Positions 55,382-64,000 of a stretch of DNA of 64,000 nt are shown here, piece after piece; positions within the stretch are counted from its first letter, which is position 1; every line of letters starts with the position of its first letter. Below the pieces are notes generated by a model. That model worked only from the letters and a program-made list of their open reading frames with translations, was not told the origin of the DNA and made no database searches. The stretch lies in the IMG/VR virus record IMGVR_UViG_3300031576_000038, positions 754 to 64,753 of that record. The stretch is one strand, 5' to 3'. The position numbers and the translations under genes are program-made. Origin of the DNA: a virus.

Positions 55382-56434
55382 TTACTTGGCTGCCCCGGCC
55401 GTATGGTCCCAGGTCGGTGCCAAGTCTTTTGTCTGCGTTGTGTCCACGAGCACCTTGGTTCCGCGAGGCAGCTTGCGATTCACGGACGTGCTCTGAATGA
55501 AGATGTCGAAGTTGCTGTGGTTGCCGGGCTCGCACTTCACCGTATCGCCGTCAGGCAGACCGATGAGATGACGGGCGTCTCGACCACCCCACACAGCCTT
55601 CTTGCCCTTCTCCATGATGAGGATGGACTTCTGAGGCTGAATCTTTTCTGTCTTCATCAGTTGATAATATGCGCTGCCAATCACATAAGGCTTGCGCGTT
55701 TTCAACTCGACGAAGTCCTTGACGGAGGCTTCCTTTGCGACCTCGAACTGCTTGAACTGGTTCGAGATGTCGTCGAGGTTTTTGCGGACCTCTTGCGAGT
55801 CCAGCTTGGACAGGTCGGTCTGGAAAAACTTCGTGACCTTCTTCTGTCCTCGGGCTCGTGCCGCGAAGTAGCCGCCGAGTCCGGAGACCGTAGCAACCTG
55901 CGTCTCGACCATGCCCTGGCTGGTGGTTTCCCACTCGCGGATGTTGTCACTCGGAATCTTGAAGTCGCGGGCCAGCGCTGCGCCATTCCCAGGCGGAACC
56001 TGGAAGACGAAAGACCAGCGGTCCGTCGCCTGTGTGTCCTTCAGGAGCTTGGCAATCTGCGTGGCATTGAACCTCGTGCTCTGATTCTCAAGGCCATCGG
56101 TGACCACGATGACCAGGTAGGACGTGTCCTCGTCGTCCTTCAGAGTTTGCAGCGTCGTCACTGCCAGCCCGATGCCGTCGAGCATCGCGGTCATCCCATC
56201 GGGATGATAGGCTGTCAGCGGCTTGAGTGTGTCCGCTTGTGCGTTGAAAAATTCCATCACCGCGCGATTCGCGAAGGTGAAGTAGGACACGGTGGTTTCT
56301 TGGTCGCGGCTCTTCTCGGCCACAGTCTTGACGATGGCGTTGAAGGCGTTCATGGTCTCGGTACGAATCGACGACATGGAGCCGGAACGGTCCAGCACGA
56401 TGGCGATACGATTCTTCAACTTGCTTTTCGGCAT
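55382..56434 (-). CDS. von Willebrand factor A (vWA) domain protein
   Basis: MIDAS motif IAIVLDRSGSMSS. VIVVTDGLEN. Confidence 0.65.
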   Translation of the reverse strand: MPKSKLKNRIAIVLDRSGSMSSIRTETMNAFNAIVKTVAEKSRDQETTVSYFTFANRAVMEFFNAQADTLKPLTAYHPDGMTAMLDGIGLAVTTLQTLKDDEDTSYLVIVVTDGLENQSTRFNATQIAKLLKDTQATDRWSFVFQVPPGNGAALARDFKIPSDNIREWETTSQGMVETQVATVSGLGGYFAARARGQKKVTKFFQTDLSKLDSQEVRKNLDDISNQFKQFEVAKEASVKDFVELKTRKPYVIGSAYYQLMKTEKIQPQKSILIMEKGKKAVWGGRDARHLIGLPDGDTVKCEPGNHSNFDIFIQSTSVNRKLPRGTKVLVDTTQTKDLAPTWDHTAGAAK

Positions 56435-56976
56435 AAGCCTTCTTCCTTTCTCAAGCGGACCAGAGCCCGCTGTTCAATTTGCTCGACACGCTGTCGAGAT
56501 ACTTGCAACTTCTGTGCGACCTCTTTCGTTTCCAGCCCCTGGACGTACAACAGGTCCAGTACGTCCGCATACTTCTTGGGCAGGCAACGCAGGAGAGTGG
56601 CAACCTCCTCCTTGTTCTCGTAGACTGCTCCGACGCGCTCTTGGTTGGCGGCGTAGTAGTCAAGTCCACCGGCTTGGCCGCGCACCCGCTTCATGGGCGG
56701 ATGCTTCGGCGTGAAGCCAATCATCGGCAGAATGTACCTGGCCGCATGACGCATGTAGTATGCGACCCAATACTCAGCATAGGTCCTGAAGGTCGCCCCG
56801 CCGTCCGACTTCCATTTGTCGGCAGCGATGACGAGACCAATGTTGCCGTAGCCGATAGCGTCTTCCTTACCGAGCTTGGTCAACGCGAACAATCCGTCGT
56901 GGACCAAGTCCCAATAGACGTGCTCTGGCAAGTCCAGATTCGCCGTCACCAACTCGTTCCGCTTTTGAACATCCAT
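56416..56976 (-). CDS. RNA polymerase sigma factor (sigma-70 family)
   Basis: Region 2 YAEYWVAYYMRHA. Region 4 LETKEVAQKLQVSRQRVEQIEQRAL. Confidence 0.6.
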   Translation of the reverse strand: MDVQKRNELVTANLDLPEHVYWDLVHDGLFALTKLGKEDAIGYGNIGLVIAADKWKSDGGATFRTYAEYWVAYYMRHAARYILPMIGFTPKHPPMKRVRGQAGGLDYYAANQERVGAVYENKEEVATLLRCLPKKYADVLDLLYVQGLETKEVAQKLQVSRQRVEQIEQRALVRLRKEEGLCRKAS

Positions 56977-56988
56977 GTTCCCAACTCC

Positions 56989-57354
56989 TCAGCGTATGGC
57001 GAAAAACCGTGCCGCCCGTTCACACATGGCGAGCACATCCAATTCGAGACTGTTTGGCACGTCGCCGGCAACTCCGGCGTCACCGTTGCGCTTGGTCAAG
57101 TATTCGACCAGGCGATTCACTGGTGCGGCCCGCTTCACTGCCTTCGCGATACCGATGTCGCGGTCGAACTCATCCATGCCGATGTGACACTTCGAGTAGC
57201 CGACCAGGACCTGGCCATCGGGCTGCTTGTAGGCCAGCACCACACCAATCTTGCGGCGGTGCCGGTCACGCTTGTATTCGAGCAGCACGTGAGTGGACTG
57301 TAGCAGCGACTTGTTTTCCTCCTGACATGCAGCAACGTACTCTTGCCTTGTCAT
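56989..57354 (-). CDS. hypothetical protein
   Basis: Start at MTRQEYVAAC. Confidence 0.4.
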   Translation of the reverse strand: MTRQEYVAACQEENKSLLQSTHVLLEYKRDRHRRKIGVVLAYKQPDGQVLVGYSKCHIGMDEFDRDIGIAKAVKRAAPVNRLVEYLTKRNGDAGVAGDVPNSLELDVLAMCERAARFFAIR

Positions 57355-57540
57355 GATTAGGCTCCTGTGTTTGTTGACTGTCGAGAGGCTTATAGCGGCG
57401 AGAGATGATTCTGCAACACAACTTCTCAACTTTTCTACTTCGAGGTCTCAGCCGGCGGGGATTCCAAATTCTGCCTGTGGTTGCTCATTGGACCGGGTTT
57501 TGGGACTCTCCCACAGTCTCCGGCCCGCCAGCTGATATTA

Positions 57541-57612
57541 GTACCGGGGGCTGGATTCGCACCAGCGTCTCCAGCTTATGAGGCTGGCAAGGTAGCTTCT
57601 CCTCCACCCCGG
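57541..57612 (-). tRNA. tRNA-Met (anticodon CAT; could be elongator or a lysidine-modified Ile type)
   Basis: Acceptor GCCGGGG/CCCCGGT. D-arm GAGG-AGAAGCTA-CCTT. Anticodon stem CCAGC/GCTGG with loop CTCATAA. T-arm GCTGG-TGCGAAT-CCAGC. Confidence 0.55.
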
Positions 57613-57702
57613 CAACAGGATATTACACCCGAGTGCGTCGTCGGACATAGTCTTTCAGCAGGAAAGGATACATCGTCAGCACCGCGCTCAACATCAAAAA
57701 CT

Positions 57703-58104
57703 CTAGCATGTCTCCTCCGTAGTGCAAACGGGGCAAAGCGTAGGAAGGATGCTCTCAGCGAAGATTTTCGCGGACGGTGTAAGTGGGAGCCAGGCGCGCT
57801 GCTTGTCGGGCTCGGTCAACTGAGGCTCGCCATCCCAGGCCGGCCACATCAAGAGCAGGTCGGTGAACTTCTTCTTGGGGTCGCGCATCCCGGGGCCATC
57901 CGCGTAGCCAACGAGCCGTGGGATGCCCTGAAGCGTCATGCCTGTCTCCTCTTTCTGCTCACGCAGAGCGGCATCCAAAACGTATTCATCGTCCACCTTG
58001 CCGCCTGGTAGCTCCCATAGGTTCACATCGGCCCGTAGGCCCAGGAGAAGGCGGTCCTGCTTGTCAATCAGAACGTTGCGAACAACGAGTATGGGACGCC
58101 TCAT
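57703..58104 (-). CDS. Nudix hydrolase (MutT-like)
   Basis: Nudix box GGKVDDEYVLDAALREQKEETG. Confidence 0.7.
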   Translation of the reverse strand: MRRPILVVRNVLIDKQDRLLLGLRADVNLWELPGGKVDDEYVLDAALREQKEETGMTLQGIPRLVGYADGPGMRDPKKKFTDLLLMWPAWDGEPQLTEPDKQRAWLPLTPSAKIFAESILPTLCPVCTTEETC

Positions 58105-58907
58105 GAGGTCTCCAGTATTGGTTGGGGGCGATACATCCTAATGGGCTCGAAGCGTCTGGTCTTGCGACCATGCCAGTTGACACCCATCTCGCCCGCGTCT
58201 TCGGTTGCTAGGTGAATGCCAATGAGTTCCGGAATCAGATGCCTATGCGTTCTCGGCCAGCGTGCTGCAAACAGCATGTCGGAGACAGCTGCCGACTCGG
58301 ACTTGGTTGGGTATGCTCGGAAGCATGAAGCCTCACGGTGGAACATCTGGAAGTATCCGAGTGGCACATAGCCGCCAATCTCCCTACGGTTGAGCCTGAT
58401 GCCAAGTGGAAAAGGCCCAACATAAACATAGGCCAGGTCGTGCTGGGGCACCGGTCTCGCAAGAAAGTTTTCCCATGCCTCGTAGGACGGACACATCATG
58501 CGGTCTATGCCGTAGATGAACTGCTCATTGAGTGGCAATGTTTCCAGAATGCTCCGTGTCTTTGGTGGTAACACCATGTCGGCGTCCAGGTGAACGGCCC
58601 ACTCGCGAAAACAAAGCTTCTCCAATCCAATGTTGATAGCCACGCCCTTGTTCACGACCTGGTCGGTTATCATTTCATCTGTGGCAACGCACTCGACATT
58701 GTAGTAGTGACATAGATTGCGCGTTTCCGTATCCCCAAGCGAAGTCACTACGACACTTCGGTTGAAGTGTGACTTGAAGAGTGGGAGCGTGTGTCTGAGG
58801 TAGTCGCCGTAGCGAACACAGACTGTGACAGATTCCATAATAAACATGACGGGACCGAGAGGTAAATGAGGAACTCCCCAATGCCAAAGAACAGCCCCGC
58901 TGTCCAC
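58101..58907 (-). CDS. glycosyltransferase, GT-A fold (paralogue of 38056-38934)
   Basis: HLDADMVLPP is a DxD motif. YVPLGYFQMF. The shared blocks align with the 38 kb gene. Confidence 0.55.
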   Translation of the reverse strand: MDSGAVLWHWGVPHLPLGPVMFIMESVTVCVRYGDYLRHTLPLFKSHFNRSVVVTSLGDTETRNLCHYYNVECVATDEMITDQVVNKGVAINIGLEKLCFREWAVHLDADMVLPPKTRSILETLPLNEQFIYGIDRMMCPSYEAWENFLARPVPQHDLAYVYVGPFPLGIRLNRREIGGYVPLGYFQMFHREASCFRAYPTKSESAAVSDMLFAARWPRTHRHLIPELIGIHLATEDAGEMGVNWHGRKTRRFEPIRMYRPQPILETS

Positions 58908-58922
58908 AATCCGATAAGAACG

Positions 58923-59429
58923 CTACGAGAAATCAGGCTGCGATGTCGGCTCAGTAAAATCGAAATGCAGGAGCCCGCGTAGATGAGCAATCTCATGCTG
59001 CGCCACGACAGCGTGGTAAATGAGAAGGTCATCCTTGCACTCCCTGTCGCCAATGAGCCGGCGACCAATGTTCAGAGTTTCGACTTCGACCCAGGGCCAG
59101 CGATAGGTCTTCACGCTTTGGCCTGGGAAGCTAAGGCATCCTTCGGTGAAGGCTATCTTGTGGTCGGCGTGGGCAACAATCACTGGATTGATAAGGGCCA
59201 TGCGAAACCGATTCACTGCAACCACGCACACCTGTTTCAGGATGCCAATCTGCGGCGCGGATAAGCCAGCAGCAAAGCGACCCGTCTCACCTTTCTTCTC
59301 AGCCTTGATAGCCCGAACGTTGATGTGGTTCAACGCATAGTTCAGCTTGCGAGCAAGAGCTATACCCTCGTCCTTTGTTACGGGCTCAGACCGCTGCCGC
59401 AAGAAGACTTCGTCTTTGACAATTTCCAT
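58923..59429 (-). CDS. def: peptide deformylase
   Basis: GLSAPQIG, EGCLSFPG and QHEIAHLRG are Def motifs 1, 2 and 3. Confidence 0.75.
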   Translation of the reverse strand: MEIVKDEVFLRQRSEPVTKDEGIALARKLNYALNHINVRAIKAEKKGETGRFAAGLSAPQIGILKQVCVVAVNRFRMALINPVIVAHADHKIAFTEGCLSFPGQSVKTYRWPWVEVETLNIGRRLIGDRECKDDLLIYHAVVAQHEIAHLRGLLHFDFTEPTSQPDFS

Positions 59430-59566
59430 AGGTCACCAAAGCATTTTCAATAGGGCGTAGCCCACAACAACGATGACCACTACGCGCAGCCATCGAAACC
59501 GTTTCGGCGGCAGACTGCCGCGAACTTGGGAACATCCAGTGAGACCGCCAGGGAAAATAATCATAG

Positions 59567-59700
59567 TAGCCCGGGTAGGAGTCGAACCTACATTACCTTT
59601 CTCCATCAGCCGACCAGGTCGTGAGATGGCGTCACCAGCCGAAGGCAGGAGATACATCCGGTATCATTCCAGGCATGTTGCCGGCTCAGGGGTTTCCGGC
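59567..59700 (-). ncRNA. tRNA-like 3' module (T-arm plus acceptor 3' strand); 5' partner not resolved
   Basis: GTAGG-TTCGACT-CCTAC then CCGGGCT-A. Upstream structured region with a GCCTTCGGC tetraloop hairpin. No clean cloverleaf found. Confidence 0.25.
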
Positions 59701-59715
59701 TCCCCACTTCAACTG

Positions 59716-60054
59716 CTACTGACGCTTCTCTTTGAGCCCGAGGACGCGAAGAACCTTCTGACGCAGCTTGAAGAGCGTCGGCTCGTCTTCTTCGTTAGGG
59801 ATGCAGTCCGAGACGTGCGCGATGTTACAGGCGAATCGAACATCCAGGCCAATGTCGGCAGCGGCCGTTTCGTGACCGACCTGTTCGTAGCTTTCTTTGG
59901 GATTGCCAGCAACAAACCGAGCCACGGCAACCACCAGGCAGTCGTGCGTATAGCGTTGCCGAATTTGGTCTGCCTTGCTGATGCAGAATGGTCGCTGCTC
60001 AGCGCAGAGCTTCGCTTTCTTCCAGAACGTTGCCTCTGACATCTTTTTTGCCAT
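59716..60054 (-). CDS. hypothetical protein
   Basis: Start at MAKKMSEATFW. Confidence 0.4.
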   Translation of the reverse strand: MAKKMSEATFWKKAKLCAEQRPFCISKADQIRQRYTHDCLVVAVARFVAGNPKESYEQVGHETAAADIGLDVRFACNIAHVSDCIPNEEDEPTLFKLRQKVLRVLGLKEKRQ

Positions 60055-60496
60055 GATACCAAACCTCCAACGGAGACAAGTCACGAGCGTAGCGACGTTG
60101 CATACGCTCTATGATGTCGCGGCCGACGCCGTGAGTATTCCGCTTGACCAACTCGTCGATGTCCCACGCCCAGGGCGTGGTTGGTTCCTGGTACTGGACT
60201 TCGTATCCGTGGTCGCCGGCTATCTGCACATACGGCTTGATGTCACGCAAGCGCACGTTGGTGTTGTCAACAATCACCACCGGCACCTTGTTGAGACACG
60301 CACACGTAAACTCTGTCCAGCACTTCATGTGGGCCTGGTGAAGTAGCTTTACGTCGAACTTGTAGGTGCCATCTGCCTGCTTGAAGAAGTCATCAGCAGA
60401 GAAGATGAGGGCACCGGGATACTTGGCCACAATCTCACGAGCGAGCGTTGACTTGCCGGACCCAGGCAGGCCACGCATGATGATGCAGAGCTTCAT
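59999..60496 (-). CDS. P-loop kinase, polynucleotide-kinase-like (kinase domain only)
   Basis: Walker A IMRGLPGSGKSTLA. FSADDFF. The layout resembles Pnk or zeta-toxin-like kinase domains. Confidence 0.5.
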   Translation of the reverse strand: MKLCIIMRGLPGSGKSTLAREIVAKYPGALIFSADDFFKQADGTYKFDVKLLHQAHMKCWTEFTCACLNKVPVVIVDNTNVRLRDIKPYVQIAGDHGYEVQYQEPTTPWAWDIDELVKRNTHGVGRDIIERMQRRYARDLSPLEVWYHGKKDVRGNVLEESEALR

Positions 60497-60960
60497 GACG
60501 GACCGGACTCCTCTTCGTCAGTTTCGCTGGACGTGCTCGACTCGCTGGACTCTTCCTCTTCATCGCCGAGCATCTCAGACAGTTGCTTGTCCGTCAGTCG
60601 CCACTTGCGACACTCGGCCAACGCTGTTTGAACATCGCCATCATTGGTGACGCGCGACACGTTATGGATATGGGTCAACGTCTCGCGGAGCTTGCGGGTT
60701 TCGAGGTAGGCAAGTTGTGTGCGGTCGTTGGCCTTGTCTACCTCGCATTGAACTTCAGCTATCTCTCGCTCTAATCGCTCAATGGCACGCTCCAGGCCGG
60801 CCACTCGGCGACGGTCGCATGAGTTGATGTCTTTCTTCAGTTGTTCGATTGTGGCCAGGTGCGCGGAATTTTCTGCGTACAACGTGGCAATCGCCTTGCG
60901 GTGATGCTCGCGGAAAAACCACGGCGGGGCAGCAATCAAACTTTCGATGGTGTTGTCCAT
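60493..60960 (-). CDS. hypothetical protein with acidic Ser/Glu tail
   Basis: 155 aa ORF. Confidence 0.4.
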   Translation of the reverse strand: MDNTIESLIAAPPWFFREHHRKAIATLYAENSAHLATIEQLKKDINSCDRRRVAGLERAIERLEREIAEVQCEVDKANDRTQLAYLETRKLRETLTHIHNVSRVTNDGDVQTALAECRKWRLTDKQLSEMLGDEEEESSESSTSSETDEEESGPS

Positions 60961-61274
60961 TGTTCTCTACCTCCTCGAAGCATCCACCACTCCCAGGCAG
61001 ACGCAACCACGTCCCCATGACACGCTTGTGGTTTGCACCAGCAGCCCAGGACGCTTTCGTTCGTAAGCGACTCGATTGCGGCAACCACAACCTTGTTGCC
61101 AGAAGTGAGAGCCTGATACAGCCAACGGCGATAGTTGTCAATAGCAGCTTCGCGAGAAAGCTCGGCTGAAATCCGATAGGGATTTCCAAGCGGGCTGGGG
61201 CGACCAATGTAGACCACGCCCTTGGCCTGCGCCTCCGTGATGCTGCCGAATTCTCGCACGTTGAGTATCTGCAT
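60936..61274 (-). CDS. DUF4326-like protein
   Basis: VYIGRPSPLGNPY...LGCWCKPQACHGDV. Confidence 0.4.
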   Translation of the reverse strand: MQILNVREFGSITEAQAKGVVYIGRPSPLGNPYRISAELSREAAIDNYRRWLYQALTSGNKVVVAAIESLTNESVLGCWCKPQACHGDVVASAWEWWMLRGGREQWTTPSKV

Positions 61275-61277
61275 GGC

Positions 61278-61586
61278 TCACCCGCTGATACTTGGTTTCT
61301 TTTCGTCTGCCGGCACACCACTGGCAGCGCCACGACCGAAGCCAAAGAAGTCGCGGACCCCCTCGATGTAATGGTTGGCACCGACCCGCTCGTTGCGGAA
61401 CTCGGCCTTGGCTTCTTCAATCTCAGCGATGGAAGCGCCATCGGCCTCTTCGTCGGGAAGCTCGCCCTCATTCTCGGCGAGACCTTGTTTGATTGCCTTT
61501 TTCTTGGCGTTGGGGCCGGAGTAGCACTGGCCCTTCTCACCCCATCGCCATCCCTTGTTTCCTTCACCGCACCGCTGTAGAGGCAT
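61278..61586 (-). CDS. hypothetical protein
   Basis: 102 aa ORF. Confidence 0.35.
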   Translation of the reverse strand: MPLQRCGEGNKGWRWGEKGQCYSGPNAKKKAIKQGLAENEGELPDEEADGASIAEIEEAKAEFRNERVGANHYIEGVRDFFGFGRGAASGVPADEKKPSISG

Positions 61587-62016
61587 CGTCGCTCCTATGT
61601 TTGATGAAGACCTTTTCGGTCACTAGGTAATAGAACACAGCTTCCTGGTCGTAATAGACCAGTGTCATGTCCGCAATGTGGTGCATCTTTTCTTCAGAGC
61701 ACGAAATGCGGACCGGAATCATTCGTTCGGCAAAGAGCGTTCCGCTTGGCGAAAGCCACTGCCCCTTGGCAGGAGGAAGCACAGTCAAGCCGCCGGAGAT
61801 AGCCCGGACCTTTTCATCCCAGACCTTATGGAACCTGAGACGGATAGGCTTCCCGTCTCGGTGCAGAGTCGGCACCAGGATTTCCCACACCTGGCTCATG
61901 TAGTTCTCCAAACGCTGTCCCACATCGCGGACATACGTGCATTGGAACTTCGCGCATCTCCTGGCCTGTGCCAGGCGACCAACGAAGTGGCGGTCGTTCA
62001 ACAGTATGGGTGCCAT
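61564..62016 (-). CDS. hypothetical protein
   Basis: 150 aa ORF. Start uncertain (62016 or 61902). Confidence 0.35.
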   Translation of the reverse strand: MAPILLNDRHFVGRLAQARRCAKFQCTYVRDVGQRLENYMSQVWEILVPTLHRDGKPIRLRFHKVWDEKVRAISGGLTVLPPAKGQWLSPSGTLFAERMIPVRISCSEEKMHHIADMTLVYYDQEAVFYYLVTEKVFIKHRSDDASTAVR

Positions 62017-62221
62017 CTTCCTCGAAGCGGATAATCATACAGGGGCCGCGAGCTTTGATGGCAGCAATAATGCTTGCCGCTCGACGCCGAGAGAAGTGCA
62101 ATGCAGTAGCGATGATAAGACAAAGACCGCCAACCAACACAACGCTGAAAGACATCAGGAACAGAGCGTCGTCAGTCGTCATCGTCATCATCTCCACACG
62201 CGCACGGCTCACAGCCACAGA

Positions 62222-63154
62222 TTAGACAAGGGCCTTGAATCGGTCTCTCCAATATGACAGCTTGAGCGTGCTGTAGTCGAACTCTTGTTGCTGGGCGTGC
62301 TCCCATACCGCGCCGAGGAACCGGTCATCGAGTCCGTGAAGCCGGTCCACTACGAGCACAGGGAGATTCGCTTCCTGCATGTACTCAGCCATGCGGCAGC
62401 GCTGAATGATTGGGATGCACCCGAGGTAGAGGGCCTCGTATGTGCGGTAGCAGTCTAGGCCATTCCCGGTCGGGCACAGCACGAACTTGTGAGTGGCCAC
62501 GCTTTCCAGGTACTGCTCGATGGTCAGATTGGTATCGAGTTGAGTCGTCGCCCAGGGCAGTTGACTGTAGTGCTGCTTGAGAGCGAGCCGCTCCATCGTT
62601 CGATGCTGGAAGTTGACGTAGAGCAGGCCGGCCTTCGGTCGCTCCATGTAGTTGGGTAGCAGTTGATAGCCAGGCGGGTCCGAACTGAGGCCGAACGGCA
62701 ACCACTCGGCTCGCGCAACGTCCGCATTCAGGTTGGCAACGAACCATCGCTTGATGTTGGGCGGCACATAGTCGAACGTTGCACACGTGCCACGGTCAAT
62801 CTTGATGCTGTAGCGGTGCGACAGGTCACATTGCCCTGGGTCACACGTCGGACCAACCTGGAACGCAAAGTATCGGTCGCGGATGCCGGCGATTTCATCC
62901 CATCGAACAGCCTGGGCGAGCTTCACCAGGTCACCGTTTGGATGTGCCTTCTCCTGCTCATGAATCCCATAGTCTGAACAGGCGCTGACAAGAACTTTGT
63001 CGGCCAGAACGTCAGCGTTGCTGGCTGCCTCGATGTCTCGAAACAGTTGCTTTATGCCTTCGTTCGCACAGAAGGTCGCGCCAACTTCCTTGGCGAGTTG
63101 CTCGTAGGATGTGCATAGGATATGTTCAGACGGCTCAACACGTTGCAGCCCCAT
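62222..63154 (-). CDS. glycosyltransferase (exostosin/GT47-like C-terminal motif)
   Basis: HKFVLCPTGNGLDCYRTYEALYLGCIPII. Start at MGLQRVEP. Confidence 0.45.
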   Translation of the reverse strand: MGLQRVEPSEHILCTSYEQLAKEVGATFCANEGIKQLFRDIEAASNADVLADKVLVSACSDYGIHEQEKAHPNGDLVKLAQAVRWDEIAGIRDRYFAFQVGPTCDPGQCDLSHRYSIKIDRGTCATFDYVPPNIKRWFVANLNADVARAEWLPFGLSSDPPGYQLLPNYMERPKAGLLYVNFQHRTMERLALKQHYSQLPWATTQLDTNLTIEQYLESVATHKFVLCPTGNGLDCYRTYEALYLGCIPIIQRCRMAEYMQEANLPVLVVDRLHGLDDRFLGAVWEHAQQQEFDYSTLKLSYWRDRFKALV

Positions 63155-63338
63155 TCGGATTCTCCTTTGGCGGACGGATGGTGAACCAGACGCGGTTCGT
63201 TTGAAGCAGCGGGTTGAGTTGCTGAAACAGTTCCTCAACATGCTGCTGACACATCTCAGCTTCTTGGCGAATGTTGTCCGTGCCCCAGGAGCAGTGGGCT
63301 ACTACTCCGCGACCACAGGGAGTCAATTCACACGTCAT
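63135..63338 (-). CDS. hypothetical protein
   Basis: Start at MTCELTPCG overlaps the upstream stop as ATGA. Confidence 0.3.
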   Translation of the reverse strand: MTCELTPCGRGVVAHCSWGTDNIRQEAEMCQQHVEELFQQLNPLLQTNRVWFTIRPPKENPNGAATC

Positions 63339-63610
63339 GGCTTGGCCTCCAAGACGGCTTCCATTTCCTCTTGGTCCCACGACATCAAGAGGATAGTCCT
63401 GCAATGCTCGCACTCAAATTCGACGACGTGGCCCGAGTAGATATTCTCGTGGTCGAACCAGCCGTCGCCGTAGTCGTTGCCGTGGCGATGACAGGCCGGG
63501 CACTCGTACTCAACATAGCCGAGGCCACAGCCTTCTTCGCAATGCTGAACGAACCTAGCGATACTTTTCAAGGTAGGCTCCGCTGACACACTTGAAGCAT
63601 ATGCGGCCAA
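63335..63610 (-). CDS. hypothetical zinc-binding protein
   Basis: CEEGCG...CPACHRHG...CEHC. Confidence 0.4.
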   Translation of the reverse strand: MAAYASSVSAEPTLKSIARFVQHCEEGCGLGYVEYECPACHRHGNDYGDGWFDHENIYSGHVVEFECEHCRTILLMSWDQEEMEAVLEAKP

Positions 63611-64000
63611 TGTGCGAGTCGAAGCGCTCTTTCACCGGCTTGATGACCACGCCTTCGCGGATGGTCCCGGCCTTGGCATCGGGAACAAGACTTTGTCCCT
63701 CAGCCAGGGCACACGCCTCCTCGAAGTTGTATTTGCCGGTGTTGGGGATGTGAGGCACCCAAGGGAAATCGTCGCTCTTGCAACAGTCTGCCGTGCGACA
63801 GCGAGCTTCGTAGGCGTCGAGCCACTTGCCTTCGTACATCAGGTCGAAGGCCGCGAACCGATTGCCATCGGGTAGCCCGTACTTGATGCAGTTGACATTG
63901 CCGAAGACTTCGCCATAGACGATGACGCCGGGGCAGGCGCGACAGAACTCTTCGATGATGGGATACTTGTCGAGCATCTCCCACCAGAGGTTCTTCCGCT
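63555..64000 (-). CDS. ATP-dependent RNA/DNA ligase-like protein, C-terminal part (continues beyond window end)
   Basis: IVYGEVFG is nucleotidyltransferase motif-III-like. TIREGVVIKPVKE is motif-IV/V-like. The KxDG motif I would lie upstream, outside the window. Confidence 0.4.
   Translation of the reverse strand, partial: RKNLWWEMLDKYPIIEEFCRACPGVIVYGEVFGNVNCIKYGLPDGNRFAAFDLMYEGKWLDAYEARCRTADCCKSDDFPWVPHIPNTGKYNFEEACALAEGQSLVPDAKAGTIREGVVIKPVKERFDSHIGRICFKCVSGAYLEKYR

Noticed and set aside
111-64000. The many plus-strand ORFs in the six-frame track, such as 2642-3358, 8239-9030, 12526-13440, 21148-22068, 26519-27541 and 33759-35198.
   Set aside because: They lie antisense to long minus-strand genes with clear domain homology. 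They have low-complexity Arg, Pro and Ala-rich translations typical of GC-rich antisense frames. They break the otherwise uniform minus-strand organisation.
1-64000. A prophage integration module (integrase, excisionase, att sites).
   Set aside because: No tyrosine or serine recombinase motifs were seen in any frame. The tRNA 3'-fragment-like segments are noted, but no integrase accompanies them.

Overview
The window looks like a GC-rich phage genome segment, probably from a large virulent phage. Nearly every gene is on the minus strand. Neighbouring genes are tightly packed, and stop and start codons often overlap as ATGA. No integrase, CRISPR array or rRNA is visible.

From the low-coordinate end the content is:

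- **Replication and recombination module (1-16.2 kb).** It holds a partial SSB, a DnaE polymerase split into two ORFs with a DnaQ-like exonuclease and other genes in the gap, DnaG primase, DnaB helicase, a RecA/UvsX-like recombinase, a Cas4/RecB-like nuclease and a DUF559 endonuclease.
- **Nucleotide metabolism and ADP-ribose block (6-24 kb).** It includes a NADAR protein, a SpoU/TrmL-like methyltransferase, two Nudix hydrolases, a macro domain protein, a dNMP kinase, HD phosphohydrolases, class II ribonucleotide reductase, a nucleotidyltransferase and a dCMP deaminase.
- **Secreted and envelope block (24-28.3 kb).** It holds an S1 serine protease, a lipoprotein, a papain-like peptidase and a proline-rich secreted protein.
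- **Regulation and sugar chemistry.** There are two sigma-70-family factors, an atypical ThyX-like protein, at least five glycosyltransferases and an NAD-dependent sugar epimerase.
- **tRNA region (38.9-49.1 kb).** About 13 canonical tRNAs are interleaved with two HNH endonucleases and small ORFs.
- **Ro60 locus (51.5-56.4 kb).** A Ro60/TROVE (Rsr) homologue carries an apparent frameshift at a homopolymer. It is flanked by vWA-domain proteins and a 1.5 kb ORF-free tract of five or more expanded tRNA-like elements that look like Y RNAs, punctuated by a seven-copy bipartite repeat.
- **High-coordinate end.** It holds an SPFH protein, a GroES-like co-chaperonin, a Pnk-like kinase, peptide deformylase, a tRNA-Met and a partial RNA/DNA-ligase-like gene.

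All coordinates and folds were worked out by eye and are approximate.
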